Notes: generated by a model from the sequence alone, not told the origin. A stretch of 64,000 bases of DNA from Oceanispirochaeta sp. (GCA_963666275.2 CAXXOA010000003.1:256001-320000); one strand, 5' to 3'; shown: positions 1 through 10,550, counted from the first letter of the stretch. Numbers and translations: made by a program.

Positions 1-348
1 GTCGGTTGGGGAGCCATGGGTTTCAAAATGACATGGAATAACCGGACCCTGGTAAATCTAGGGGATTCCCTATTAAAAAAAGTAGCCTGGTCATCCATTA
101 TTGAACCGGATGTGCTGATGCTGCCTATCGGTGGAAAAGAGGCCCTGAATACCATGGGTGTCGACGAGGCGATCGAAGCGGTCAGGTTGATAAAGCCCAA
201 AGTGGTTATTCCCATGCACTATAACCTGCGGGCTCTGTTTACAGATACATACTGCCCGGCGGATGCCCAGGAATTCAGAAAAGGCATAGAAAAACCTGGT
301 TCCCGATGTGTTGTGCTTTCTCCCGGTGATTCCTGGGAGGAAAGCTAG
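1..348 (+). CDS. MBL-fold metallo-hydrolase (UPF0173-like), C-terminal part; start lies before the window
   Basis: 'PDVLMLPIGG...TMGVDEA...KPKVVIPMHY' is typical of the UPF0173 C-terminus; frame is open back to the window edge. Confidence 0.75.
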   Translation, partial: VGWGAMGFKMTWNNRTLVNLGDSLLKKVAWSSIIEPDVLMLPIGGKEALNTMGVDEAIEAVRLIKPKVVIPMHYNLRALFTDTYCPADAQEFRKGIEKPGSRCVVLSPGDSWEES

Positions 349-660
349 GATAGGAAAAACCGCAAACCACCCCGATCCCGGCAGCAGTCCTGCCGATTAC
401 TACCGGGATTACCACCCCGGTGGTATGCGGTTCATCCCCTCTGGGAGCTATGCTTCCATCAGCATGAAGGAGGAATTCATGAAAAAAATTAAAAAGAAGA
501 AGCTGGAATACCTTCCTGTGGAACTGAGAAAAGACTGCGGGATGGAACCGCGATTTGAATATCACCATCCCGGTTCCATGGATCTTATCTTTTTTAATGG
601 GTCAAGGATCGGGCTGGGATTCAGCAGTCATTCCAATAGGAAAGAGAAAAGGAGAGTTTC

Positions 661-1377
661 ATGAAAAGTATGACCGGAGGAAACTGTACCATCGACAGTA
701 ATTCCGAATGCACCAATTGCAGAATTGATGGAAGACTGGAATGTAAGTGGAATAAAAGGGCGTTGAATAACTTTCTGGTAACATCTATGCCGGTATCCCT
801 GATTTGTCTGACCGCCGTGGCCACAGGAGCCTATGTTACTTCAAACTGGTGGTACCTGATCGGCTATTTCGTTTACTTCATCCTTATGTTTAATGTATTT
901 GAGATCCGTTTTCTCTGCAGTCATTGCCCATACTATGCAAAATCGGGCAATAAACTGGAATGCCTGGCCAACCATGGCAGTCCGAAACTCTGGAAGTACA
1001 GACCGGGACCATTAAATGGTTTTGAGAAAGCATTGATGATAGTATTAATCTCCACCATTTTTTATATAGGTCCCATGGGCAGTACAGTTGCAGGTGTGGT
1101 TCATATGCTTATGTCTGGAGAAAGGATACTTTCTCCCATCATTATGGCCTTAGCCGCATTGGCACTAATGACAGCTTTTTCCAGTACCGGTTTTGTTATT
1201 TCCTTACGCCGTAATTTCTGCTCAAAATGTGTCAATTTTTCCTGCCCCCTCAACAAAGTCGATAAACCTGTGGTGGACCAGTATCTCTTAAAAAACGATG
1301 TGATGCGGGAAGCATGGATCAAAAGCGGATATCAATGGGAAGATCCCCATTTGAAATATAAAGAAGGAGCTGTCTGA
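661..1377 (+). CDS. Cys-rich integral membrane protein, unknown function
   Basis: RBS AGGAG before ATG; about 4 hydrophobic segments; CSHCPYY and CSKCVNFSCPLN motifs. Confidence 0.7.
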   Translation: MKSMTGGNCTIDSNSECTNCRIDGRLECKWNKRALNNFLVTSMPVSLICLTAVATGAYVTSNWWYLIGYFVYFILMFNVFEIRFLCSHCPYYAKSGNKLECLANHGSPKLWKYRPGPLNGFEKALMIVLISTIFYIGPMGSTVAGVVHMLMSGERILSPIIMALAALALMTAFSSTGFVISLRRNFCSKCVNFSCPLNKVDKPVVDQYLLKNDVMREAWIKSGYQWEDPHLKYKEGAV

Positions 1378-1378
1378 T

Positions 1379-2137
1379 ATGAAAATTCTAGCCATATGCG
1401 GCAGCCCGCGAAAAGGAAATACTTATAGGGCACTTCAGAATATCCAGGATCGCTTTATTGATATTGACATTGAAATTCTGATGCTGAAGGATCTGGATTT
1501 AAAACTCTGTCGTGGATGCTATTCCTGTGTGACCAGGGGGGAAGAGAATTGCCCTCTGAAAGATGACCGAACCTGGCTTATTGAGAAGATACACAATGCC
1601 GATGGTCTGATCGCAGCCTCTCCTGTCTATTCCCATATGATTACTGCTCTGATGAAAAACCTCTTCGACCGGTTGGGTTATGTCAGCCACCGGCCTCTGT
1701 TTTTTGATAAATTCGCCCTGTCCCTTGTAACCTACTCAGGATACGGAGCCATGCCGGCTCTGGAGTATTTGGACAGGGGATTGAGTGTTTTCGGTTTTAA
1801 TATGGTTCCTTCTCTGGCTCTGAAATACAGACCGGCCGGGAACACAGAATCCCTGGATCAGGAGAATACACGGAAATCCATTGATGCTTTTGAAGTCTTT
1901 CTGGATAAAGTCCGGAAGGGAGAGAGGGAGAAACCGGGATTGAACAAATTGATACCCTTCGGCATTTTTAAAGCCATCTCCCAAATAGCCCGGGAAACCA
2001 TGCCGGCCGATTACGAATACTACAGGAACAAAAGGGAGTATTACTATGAAGTGAAACTGCCTTTTTATACAAAATGGATCACCGAAAGGGTTGTAAAACA
2101 GGAACTGAGTAAAATACTCGGCACTGGGAATTCCTGA
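1379..2137 (+). CDS. Flavodoxin-like / NADPH-dependent FMN reductase (iron-sulfur flavoprotein family)
   Basis: GSPRKGNT, CRGCYSC..C.LKDD, ASPVY motifs. Confidence 0.85.
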   Translation: MKILAICGSPRKGNTYRALQNIQDRFIDIDIEILMLKDLDLKLCRGCYSCVTRGEENCPLKDDRTWLIEKIHNADGLIAASPVYSHMITALMKNLFDRLGYVSHRPLFFDKFALSLVTYSGYGAMPALEYLDRGLSVFGFNMVPSLALKYRPAGNTESLDQENTRKSIDAFEVFLDKVRKGEREKPGLNKLIPFGIFKAISQIARETMPADYEYYRNKREYYYEVKLPFYTKWITERVVKQELSKILGTGNS

Positions 2138-2160
2138 AACTATATCCAGGGAGAATAGAA

Positions 2161-3099
2161 ATGAATTGTAATAAAAACAAAAAAAAGATAATCCGGAAGC
2201 TCTATATACCGCTTGTCATTATGATATCATTCTGGATGGTTGCGATTCTGCTCTGGCGGGCCACGGGAATGCCTTTTTTTCTTTTTAATTTCGGGTATAT
2301 CGGTTTTGCGGTTGCCCTGGGATTGGGACTTTACGCTCTCCTTCCCAAAAAGAAAAAATTCCTGGGTCGGTGTATTGCCCAATTAATGGTGGGAATCTAT
2401 CTGCTGGGTTTTCTGGGTATACTGGGAAGAGAGAACATGCAGCTGGAAGGGCTTTTCTTTCACCTTCTCTCGGGGTACTTCGCGGCATCTGTAATACACT
2501 ATCTGGTGGCAAAGGTCTTCGGCCCCCTGCTCTACGGCCGAGGATACTGCGGATGGGCCTGCTGGACGTCCATGATACTGGATTTTCTTCCATACAAAAG
2601 GAATAAGGCTGGCCGGGTGAGTCAAAAATGGGAACGGCTCAGGTACATCCATTTCGCCATAAGTCTGTCAGTGGTCCTGGGGGCCTGGTTTGTCATGGGT
2701 TACAGGCCTGATCCCACCGGAAAGACAACCCTGATCTGGCTGGTCATCGGGAATGCATTTTACTATGTCTCATCAATCATTCTGGCATTTGCCTTAAAAG
2801 ATAATCGCGCTTTCTGCAAATATCTCTGTCCTGTTGCGGTGGTTTTAAAAATCACTACCCGGTTTTCATTGATGAAGGTTGAAGGGAAAACCGGGGAATG
2901 CACCAGCTGCGGAGCCTGCTCCCGGGCCTGTCCTATGGATATCGATGTGATGGCCTATATTAACAATGGGGAACGTGTTCTCTCCACGGAATGCATCGGA
3001 TGCAGAACCTGTTCCAATGCGTGTCCGAAAGGGATTCTGGGAGATACCCTTAAGTTTGACATCGGCGGAAAAGAGCGGATTCGCAGAAGAATATCCTAA
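2161..3099 (+). CDS. Membrane 4Fe-4S binding protein (NapH/polyferredoxin-like)
   Basis: GRGYCGWAC and RAFCKYLCP motifs plus two CxxCxxCxxxCP clusters; multiple TM helices. Confidence 0.85.
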   Translation: MNCNKNKKKIIRKLYIPLVIMISFWMVAILLWRATGMPFFLFNFGYIGFAVALGLGLYALLPKKKKFLGRCIAQLMVGIYLLGFLGILGRENMQLEGLFFHLLSGYFAASVIHYLVAKVFGPLLYGRGYCGWACWTSMILDFLPYKRNKAGRVSQKWERLRYIHFAISLSVVLGAWFVMGYRPDPTGKTTLIWLVIGNAFYYVSSIILAFALKDNRAFCKYLCPVAVVLKITTRFSLMKVEGKTGECTSCGACSRACPMDIDVMAYINNGERVLSTECIGCRTCSNACPKGILGDTLKFDIGGKERIRRRIS

Positions 3100-3127
3100 A
3101 AAACATAAAAACGAGGAGAATCATTGT

Positions 3128-3706
3128 ATGCTGAAAAAAATATTATCCCTTATCCAGGACAAAACCAGCTGGCTGGTAATTCTATCCCTGCTGGCGGTGA
3201 CTCTGGGTTTGATGTTTCTCATGAATGGAACCCGGCTGCCTTTCAGCCATCCCACCATCCTGGAGCACTCCGGTGGGATCCCTATTCTGGATATCCGTCT
3301 GGGGTTTTCTCCCGATGATGCTTATGAACTGTTTGATGCACTGGGGATGCAAGGACGCCGGGCTTATCGCCTCCTGCATCTTCTGCCGGATTTGTTTTTC
3401 CCCATGGGCTATTCCCTGGTGTTTGCCTTCCTCAGTGCCTGGTTTCTGGTGCGTCTTTTCCCCCTTAACCACTATCTGCAATGGCTCTGTCTGATTCCCC
3501 TGGTTGCCGGATTATCCGATTGGCTCGAAAACCTCAGCCTTGTGATTTGCAGTCTTTCCTATCCCGCCCGATTTGATTGGCTTGTCCGACTGGCTAATCT
3601 GATGAATAAAATCAAGTTCTTCCTGATGCCGATCGGTTCGGTATTCCTGATTCTCCTGATAATTCTCTGGTTCCTGCGGAGACGTCCGGTAAAGAATATC
3701 TGTTAA
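3128..3706 (+). CDS. Hypothetical membrane protein
   Basis: GAGGAG RBS before ATG 3128; 4 TM segments; PILDIR..F and D..EN motifs. Confidence 0.7.
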   Translation: MLKKILSLIQDKTSWLVILSLLAVTLGLMFLMNGTRLPFSHPTILEHSGGIPILDIRLGFSPDDAYELFDALGMQGRRAYRLLHLLPDLFFPMGYSLVFAFLSAWFLVRLFPLNHYLQWLCLIPLVAGLSDWLENLSLVICSLSYPARFDWLVRLANLMNKIKFFLMPIGSVFLILLIILWFLRRRPVKNIC

Positions 3707-3730
3707 CAGGCCCCGATGGAAGATTACTAC

Positions 3731-3766
3731 CCCGAATACCCCCTCTGAGGTATGCGGGTTTTTTTT
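3731..3766 (+). terminator. Probable intrinsic terminator
   Basis: cccgaatacc...ggtatgcggg stem followed by T8. Confidence 0.6.
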
Positions 3767-3813
3767 CCAGGGCTTATCCTGCCAGAGTAAAGTTTTTTTG
3801 CGAATGGAGGAAA

Positions 3814-4053
3814 ATGATGAGAACAATACAAAGGAAAGGAAATCTGATTCATAGGCTGTTTGCCATCCTTTTTCTGGTAAGCGCAGTACTGACTGTGCTG
3901 CCCAATGCTGCTGCCAGTAAGGAATGCCGTCTCGGATACAAGGCAGTTTGCAGTTTTACACCCTTCGGGACCCTGATTCTGATAGGGCTGTCCGCTCTTC
4001 ATGTGTTTCTCGCTGTAAAGCGCACAGGTTCAATGAAAAGGCGGGAGATATGA
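3814..4053 (+). CDS. Small 2-TM protein with Cys pair (C.LGYKA.CSF.P)
   Basis: GGAGG RBS; two hydrophobic segments. Confidence 0.65.
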   Translation: MMRTIQRKGNLIHRLFAILFLVSAVLTVLPNAAASKECRLGYKAVCSFTPFGTLILIGLSALHVFLAVKRTGSMKRREI

Positions 4054-4094
4054 CCACTCAGTACAGTTCCCGGGTTCTGGCAAAGGAGGAGAGT

Positions 4095-4979
4095 ATGAGG
4101 AATTACGAAGGAAAAAAGGAATGCACCGGTTGCGGACTCTGCGGCAGGGTCTGCCCCTTTCATGTTATTGATATTCAAATAGGGAAACCTGCCGCATTAC
4201 ATCCCGACCGTCAGCACCTGTGTATCCGCTGCGGTCAATGCATGGCGGTTTGTCCTTCCCGGTTCATTCAGATAGAAGGATTATCCTATGATGAAAATTT
4301 CCCAGAGTATCAACCCCATGGAATAAAAGAGGAGAATTTTGCAAGTTTTCTTGCCTCCCGAAGATCATTAAGGGATTTTGAAGATCGGGAAGTGCCCGGG
4401 GAAGCTATCCGGACAATACTTAATTCCGTCGGATACGCCCCTTTTGGATGCCATCGGTAAAAGAGTTCCATAACCGTTGTGGATAGCCGGGAAACGATCG
4501 AGGCTGCTCTTCCTGCAATCTCCCAATTTTTGGGCCGTGTGGTAACATTAATTGAAAATCCGTTTATATCCTTCTTTTTCAAAAAAAACAGCTCTGCAGA
4601 AGAGTTCAATACGGTGAAGAATCACCTCTACCCCATCTCCAAACAGGATACCTTTGATCTGGAAAAGGGGGACCGTATTACCCGGGGGGCACCCGTAATG
4701 CTCCTGTTTCACTCAGAAAAAACAGCCGAAGCCCGGACGGCAAATGGGCTGATCAATGCCACCTACGCCATGCTTCAGGCCCATGCTCTGGGACTGGGTT
4801 CCACCTTGGTGGAGGTGGTCCCGGCGGCCATCAATCAGGTTAAGGATTTGAAAAAACTGTTTCAGATTCCCAAAACTCATGAGGTGACGATGGCTCTTGT
4901 ACTGGGATACCCGAAGTTCCCTTATAGAAGATCTTTATGCCGGCCGCTGCAGAATGTGAATTGGGTCGGTCATGATTGA
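4095..4979 (+). pseudogene. Ferredoxin-nitroreductase fusion interrupted by an in-frame TAA (4458-4460)
   Basis: ORFs 3924..4460 and 4479..4979 share a frame; N-terminal 2x CxxCxxCxxxCP, SRRSLR.F and C-terminal AHALGLGS/LGYP nitroreductase motifs; AAGGAGG RBS before ATG 4095. Confidence 0.8.
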
Positions 4980-5074
4980 TGAGAGATTTTTTTTTACCGC
5001 CGGGCTGTACTGCAAATCCCCGGGATATTTCTGCTATCCCGGGAGTGTTTCCTTGACCTGAATCTGCCATATTT

Positions 5075-5808
5075 TCAGCGGTATCGGGCGTCCTCGATGG
5101 TACAGCGGAAAAATTCCCCTTCTGTTTCAAACCGGTCTGTCCCGAAGAACCAGCCCGCCCTGAGTTTTGCGGGGATTGTGAATCTTTGGAACTGCTTTTC
5201 CTCCTCAAAGAGGGCGCCAAATGCATGGGATCTGAAGTCTCCGCCGTCTGGGTTGCCCCAGCGCTGCATCCTGAGGTGTCGGGGCTGTCCCTTTTCATCG
5301 ATCCTGAGGGTGAGGGAGGTCCTGCCCTCTCCAAGGGGGAGTGCCGCTTTTATGCGGGTGTCATCCTGGGCGGTCCACTCTACTTCAGGCCCGGCCAGGG
5401 CAGAAGGCAGCCAGATGAGTTCTGCCAGAAACCGGTCCAGGGCGGATCGGGTTATATCAGGTCCCGATGCTTTCATTACAGGGAAGAGTCCGAAAAGGCG
5501 CCAGTCCATACGGCCTTTGCCGTCAATCACCCGGTCCGAACCGCCCACAGGCAGGCCGTTGACCCGGGTCCGGGCACGCCACAGCATGCCCCGTTCCCTG
5601 TGGATAACCTGTTCTGCCCGGTAGGAGCCCCAGGTTTTCAGTTTTATCTCAGCCGAACCGCCTGGGACAAGGGGGTTCCCGGTTTTATGGCATGGGTAAG
5701 GTAGCGGGTTACCGGTTCGGGTAAATTGCTCAGTTTATCAGGCAGGAAGGGTTCCGCCGGGGAAGCCGGGGAGTACCAGAGTTTGTTGAGGGATAGCTTT
5801 TCAGACAT
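5075..5808 (-). pseudogene. DUF6544-like protein, frameshifted near 5645-5650
   Basis: ATG 5808 reads MSEKL...LPEPVTRYLTHAI...AVRLR then stops; another frame continues EIKLKTWGSYRAEQV...MLWRAR into ORF 5075..5587 (LAELIWLPSAL). Confidence 0.7.
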
Positions 5809-5882
5809 GGTTTTCCGCCTTTGTGCCGTTTTTAGTGTTTTATGGTCTGCCCCTTTTATAACCGTCTGTCAGGGGTATCCTG

Positions 5883-7067
5883 TCACTCTCTCTGTAATTG
5901 ATTTATTAAAAGACTTTTCATGCTTTGTGGCTGAGTCTCTTCCACAATAAAGGAATGGCATTGATTGAACCGGGCGTAGGCTGCCAGCTCAGACTTCAGA
6001 GCCCTGGCAAAGTCTTCCCTGTTTTTGTTAAACCTGTTTTCCATGACTAACTTGCTGATGTGGAAAATCCCCTGCTTCCTGTCGGCCCTGGCATCCAGCC
6101 GTGCGACAAACTGTCCCTGCCAGAGAACGGGGAGGGCATAGTAGCCATACTGTCGTTTATCCGCCGGAACGTAGCACTCTATGCGGTAATCAAAATCAAA
6201 CAGTTCCTGTAACCTTTTGCGCTGAATCACAAGGTTATCAAAGGGGGATAAGATTTTCACCCTTTTTCTTGCCAGCGGTTTTTCCAGTAAGGCGAGTTGC
6301 GCCTCCGAGGTATAGTAGCTGTGCTTTCCCACCTGGACCCGGAGCAGCTCCCCCTGTTCCTCCAGGGCCGCCAGTTCCTTTTTGATGGGAGAGAGGATGT
6401 TTTTCCGCTGATACGCCGCTTCACCGGCCTGAATCAGGCCGTGGGCCCTCAGGTTCTGCCGGATCAAATGTCCGGCCATTTCCTGTTCTGTGGGCATAGT
6501 CCTGTCTGTTTGCTCAGGCAGCACCCGTTCTGTCAGGTCATAGACTTTCTGGAATCCTGCCCGGTAGGGGCACATCAGTTCTCCTGCCATAAAGAGTTGT
6601 TCCAGAGACTGCTTGGCCGGTTTCCACTGCCACCAACCGCCTTCATGGCCCTGGGGTTTTTCAAAGTCTTTCGCCTGCAACGGCCCCTCATTTCTGATCC
6701 GGCTCAGGACTTCCTGTTCAACTTTCTGATCCCTCTCAAACCAGTGGCGGTGTTCCCTGATCCGGGCTTTTCCGGGCAATGAAAACCGGTAGTCTTCCAT
6801 GGGCAGGTAGGCCGCCGCATGGGACCAGTACTCAAATATCTGCTGCTTTTTCAGGAGTTTGTCTATGTATTCGGGCTTGTAGTTTCTGACCCGTGACCAG
6901 AGGGTGTGGTGATGGGCCCGGGAGACCACAGAAATGCTGTCGATCTGGACGTAGCCGAGATGCCGGATGGCCGCGAGAGTTCCGGTGAGCCCGGAAAATC
7001 TGCCGGTTGGAAGACCCTGGGATAACAGAGCGATTTTTCTGGCCTGGGGGTATGACAGTGTTTCCAT
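5883..7067 (-). CDS. YcaQ/AlkZ-family (HTH_42) DNA crosslink-repair glycosylase
   Basis: VQIDSISVVSRAHH, FEYWSHAA, LSPFDNL, FDYRIECY.P..KR.YGYY motifs. Confidence 0.9.
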   Translation of the reverse strand: METLSYPQARKIALLSQGLPTGRFSGLTGTLAAIRHLGYVQIDSISVVSRAHHHTLWSRVRNYKPEYIDKLLKKQQIFEYWSHAAAYLPMEDYRFSLPGKARIREHRHWFERDQKVEQEVLSRIRNEGPLQAKDFEKPQGHEGGWWQWKPAKQSLEQLFMAGELMCPYRAGFQKVYDLTERVLPEQTDRTMPTEQEMAGHLIRQNLRAHGLIQAGEAAYQRKNILSPIKKELAALEEQGELLRVQVGKHSYYTSEAQLALLEKPLARKRVKILSPFDNLVIQRKRLQELFDFDYRIECYVPADKRQYGYYALPVLWQGQFVARLDARADRKQGIFHISKLVMENRFNKNREDFARALKSELAAYARFNQCHSFIVEETQPQSMKSLLINQLQRE

Positions 7068-7136
7068 TTTTTTCAGAATTTTATCTTAAGGGGTTTTAAT
7101 TGTTTGGTCCACAAGAGATCATTTCAGTCAGCTTTC

Positions 7137-7435
7137 TCACAGTTGGTACCTGAGGACGACTATTCCGCAATCAAAAGATCTGGATTCCACCAGTGTCAGG
7201 TCGAGCCTGGCGTTCAGGTCTCCGAATATGGGCAGTCCCTTTCCGATGGCACTGGGGTTAATGAAAAGAAAGAACTCATCTATCAGGCCGTTTTTGATTA
7301 ATCCGGAGACAAAAGCGGCTCCGCCGTAGGCAATCATGTCTTTTCCGGATTGGGATTTGAGTCTCTGTATTTCTTCCACCAGATCCCCTTTTGCCAGGAT
7401 TGTATTTTCCCACTGCGATGTTTCAAGGGTTTTTG
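7137..7435 (-). pseudogene. Displaced 3' half of the DHFR-like gene (copy of 12889-13182)
   Basis: Near-identical to the 3' half of 12878..13429; no 5' half present. Confidence 0.85.
7142..7435. repeat. 294-bp direct repeat, copy 1 (copy 2 at 12889-13182)
   Basis: Ungapped alignment at offset 5747; about 10 mismatches by eye. Confidence 0.95.
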
Positions 7436-7540
7436 GGTTTTTAAGTTTGAAAGAGACGAATCGATCAGATTGATATTCTCATTTCAAGCAAATCTGACTG
7501 TTCAGAGAGGATCTGTCATTGTGCTTTTTCTGAGGATTCA

Positions 7541-7583
7541 TTGACAGGCTAAGTTGATCTCTTTAAAGTTCCTATATATGGAC
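7541..7583 (+). promoter_or_regulatory. sigma70 promoter TTGACA-N17-TAAAGT with overlapping candidate IclR operator
   Basis: -35 7541-7546, -10 7564-7569; GTTCCTATATATGGAC at 7568-7583 overlaps the ATG. Confidence 0.65.
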
Positions 7584-8342
7584 TATGTAAACTCGATTCT
7601 GAAAGCTGTAAAAATTCTGGATTTATTAAAAGAAAAGGGACCATTGGGGTTTAATGAGCTTTTAAAGCTCTATGAACTGCCTAAAAGCACCCTTTCCAAA
7701 ATTCTTCACACATTGGAATCGGAGGAGATGGTCCGGAAAGATTCTGTGAGCAGCAAGTATTATCTGGGTAATAAACTGATAGAACTGGGAAGCGCTGCCA
7801 GATCTTCTCTGGAAATTCGGAATATCAGCCGTCCTATAATTACAAAACTGCATGATGATCTGGATTATACAGTCCATCTCGGTGTGATCGCTCATGGAGA
7901 AGTTCTTCCTATTGAAAGCATCGAATCGGGGCATTGGTACTGGCACCATTTCAAGTACCCCGTTGCGGTAGGAATTCCCGCCCCCATGTATGCCACAGGA
8001 GCCGGTAAAGCCATATTGGCTTTTTTAAGCTCCGATGAGATAGATGACATTTTATCCAGAGGACTGGAAAAATTTACTGATAAAACTCAAACGGATACAC
8101 AGTCTCTCAAAGAAGAGCTGGTGGAAATCCGTTCACAGGGATATGCGGTCAGCAATGCTGAACACGATGAAATGATCCGCAGTGTGGCGGCGCCAATCTT
8201 TAACAATGATGGAAAGGTTATCGCTTCGGTCAGTGTACTAGGGTTGGCAACAAGAATTGTTCCGGAAAAAATCCCTGAGATTGCGGAAAAAGTTATGGCT
8301 TCAACCAAAGAGATCTCCCACCTTTTAGGATACCAATCCTGA
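7578..8342 (+). CDS. IclR-family transcriptional regulator
   Basis: N-terminal HTH (LPKSTL..IL.TL); ATGAGKAILAFL and GYAVS..E....RSVAAPIF effector-domain motifs. Confidence 0.92.
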   Translation: MDYVNSILKAVKILDLLKEKGPLGFNELLKLYELPKSTLSKILHTLESEEMVRKDSVSSKYYLGNKLIELGSAARSSLEIRNISRPIITKLHDDLDYTVHLGVIAHGEVLPIESIESGHWYWHHFKYPVAVGIPAPMYATGAGKAILAFLSSDEIDDILSRGLEKFTDKTQTDTQSLKEELVEIRSQGYAVSNAEHDEMIRSVAAPIFNNDGKVIASVSVLGLATRIVPEKIPEIAEKVMASTKEISHLLGYQS

Positions 8343-8411
8343 TTTTTTTCTAAGATCCAGGATACATTCTCTTATTCAATACAATCCGTTGGAAAAAATC
8401 TGAAAAAAAAG

Positions 8412-8474
8412 TTGACAATTTCCCATCCCATGTTACGATGTTTACATATAGAAACAAAGTTCATATATATGTAC
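8412..8474 (+). promoter_or_regulatory. Promoter TTGACA-N16-TACGAT with two candidate IclR operators
   Basis: GTTTACATATAGAAAC (8440-8455) and GTTCATATATATGTAC (8459-8474) resemble the motif at 7568. Confidence 0.6.
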
Positions 8475-8497
8475 TAATAGAACGTACGGAGAATGCA

Positions 8498-9556
8498 TTG
8501 TTAAAATTAGTTCAAAAAGAATATATTCCCAAACCTGCAGGAACGGATTTTGTTCATGCTTCCACTAATTTGAGGTTGCAAAACGGAACGGTACTTCTCT
8601 CCTGGTTCGGCGGTTCGAAAGAAGGGAATGATGACGTTTCCATCTACTATTCCCTAAAAAAGGATGCCGCCTGGAGTCTTCCAGTGAAACTGGATGACGG
8701 GATTAATGAACCTCATTGGAATCCTGTTCTCTTTCCACTGGATAATCAGAAAATCATGCTTTTCTACAAAGTAGGGAAGGAGATTACCAAATGGAGAACT
8801 TATTACTGCTTTTCTTTAGACGGTGGAACCACTTTCACAGCTCCTAAGGAACTGGTTCAGGGAGATAAGGGGGGCCGTGGTCCTGTCAGAAACAAACCTA
8901 TCCGGCTCTCCAATGGAGATATGGCTGCACCGGCTTCCATGGAAAACGGGATATGGCATGCTTTTGTGGATTTGTCATCGGATAATGGAAAGACCTGGAA
9001 ACCCAGCAATAATATTGTCATTGAAAATATAACCTATTCTCAGGAAGAGATTGTCATTTCCGAGTCCAAGAAAAAAATCCCTGTCAGTGAACAGTCTTTC
9101 TTCGGCCGGGGCGTGATTCAGCCTTCTCTGTGGGAATCGGATCCAGGTTCTGTACATATGCTGCTCCGTTCATCTGAAGGAGCCGTATACCGGAGTGATT
9201 CATTGGATTACGGTAAAACCTGGTCAAAAGCTTACGTTACGGATCTTCCCAACAACAACAGCGGTTTGGATCTGGTTAAGCTGAACAACGGTGTTCTGGT
9301 TCTCATCTACAATCCGGTGGGTACCAACTGGGGACCACGATCTCCCATCTCTCTGGCTTTATCCCAAAATAACGGGAAAACCTGGCAGAAACTGATGAAT
9401 CTGGACAGCGGGGAGGGAGAATTCTCTTATCCGGCTATCACTGCTTCGGAAGATAGAATTTTTATATCCTATTCCTACAAAAGAGAGAGCATTGCTTTCT
9501 GGGAACTGGAGATCCAACAGGAACAAGCAGATGGTACGCCGTCTGTTTTAAAATAG
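8498..9556 (+). CDS. BNR/Asp-box sialidase-like protein (probable TTG start)
   Basis: Asp boxes SLDGGTTF, SSDNGKTW, SLDYGKTW, SQNNGKTW; WNPVLF, GPVRNKP, FSYPA; GGAG RBS before TTG 8498. Confidence 0.88.
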   Translation: MLKLVQKEYIPKPAGTDFVHASTNLRLQNGTVLLSWFGGSKEGNDDVSIYYSLKKDAAWSLPVKLDDGINEPHWNPVLFPLDNQKIMLFYKVGKEITKWRTYYCFSLDGGTTFTAPKELVQGDKGGRGPVRNKPIRLSNGDMAAPASMENGIWHAFVDLSSDNGKTWKPSNNIVIENITYSQEEIVISESKKKIPVSEQSFFGRGVIQPSLWESDPGSVHMLLRSSEGAVYRSDSLDYGKTWSKAYVTDLPNNNSGLDLVKLNNGVLVLIYNPVGTNWGPRSPISLALSQNNGKTWQKLMNLDSGEGEFSYPAITASEDRIFISYSYKRESIAFWELEIQQEQADGTPSVLK

Positions 9557-9587
9557 ACTTTCATTAGAAAGAGAGGAGTATTTTATA

Positions 9588-10550
9588 ATGAAAAAAAGCA
9601 CTTTTTTCGTAATGGCAGCACTGACTGTCTTTTCATTCACAGCTCTGTTTGCAAACGGACAGACTGACAAGCCTTATCCTACAGCCGGTGACGTTAAGGT
9701 AATTATCCCCAAAGGGGCCGGTGGTGGAACAGATACTTCTGCCAGAGGAATGCTTCAGTTCCTTGGAAAGAAAATCGAAGGCGTTAGTTTTGTTCCGGTT
9801 AACAAACCCGACGGAGGCGGAGTAACGGGTATGGTTGAAACCGCTCATGCTAAACCCGATGGTTATACACTTGGCATGGTAACAGTTGAACTGGCCATGT
9901 TTCCCCATCAGGGAAAATCTCCTGTGACTTTTGCCGATTATGCTCCTATTGCCGCTCCCATTGCCGCTCCGGCTGCCTTGATTGTACCTGCAGATGCTCC
10001 TTACAGCACATTGGACGAATTCGCTGCCTACTGTGAAGCCAATCCCGGTAAAGTACAGGTTGGAAACTCCGGAATGGGTGCTATCTGGCATATAGCTGCG
10101 ATGAAGTTTGAGGAAGAATTCGGAGTTAAGGTTAAACATGTTCCCTATCCTAACGGAACCGCTGATATTGTAGCAGCTCTTCTGGGTGGACATATCGATG
10201 CTACCTTCGCAGATCCTTCAGGAATCAAAGGTCAGTATGAAGCCGGTCAGGTAAAAATTATTGCTTCCATGGCTGGACAGAGATCCAATATCTTTCCCGA
10301 TGTTCCTACTTTCAAAGAACTGGGACATGATCTGACGATTCGTGCCTGGGCTGCTCTGGTTGCACCCAAAGACACTCCTGCTGATGTTCTGAAAATCCTT
10401 CGTGATGCAGCAACTGAATGCTATAATGATCCTGCCTACATCGACTACTTCGTTAAACAGGGAATTGATCCTACCAATATTGTTGGTGATGAATGTTTTA
10501 AAATGATGGAACAGGATCATAAACTGTATGAAGTAATGCTGAAAAAGTAA
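9588..10550 (+). CDS. tctC: Tripartite tricarboxylate transporter substrate-binding protein (TctC/Bug)
   Basis: P.GAGGGTD..AR, NKP.GGG..G, KPDGYTL, PDVPTF.ELG. Confidence 0.92.
   Translation: MKKSTFFVMAALTVFSFTALFANGQTDKPYPTAGDVKVIIPKGAGGGTDTSARGMLQFLGKKIEGVSFVPVNKPDGGGVTGMVETAHAKPDGYTLGMVTVELAMFPHQGKSPVTFADYAPIAAPIAAPAALIVPADAPYSTLDEFAAYCEANPGKVQVGNSGMGAIWHIAAMKFEEEFGVKVKHVPYPNGTADIVAALLGGHIDATFADPSGIKGQYEAGQVKIIASMAGQRSNIFPDVPTFKELGHDLTIRAWAALVAPKDTPADVLKILRDAATECYNDPAYIDYFVKQGIDPTNIVGDECFKMMEQDHKLYEVMLKK

Noticed and set aside
308..664. 118-aa ORF
   Set aside because: Overlaps the upstream gene, has no RBS or motif; at most a gene remnant.
4458..4460. Selenocysteine or pyrrolysine readthrough
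   Set aside because: The codon is TAA, not TGA or TAG.
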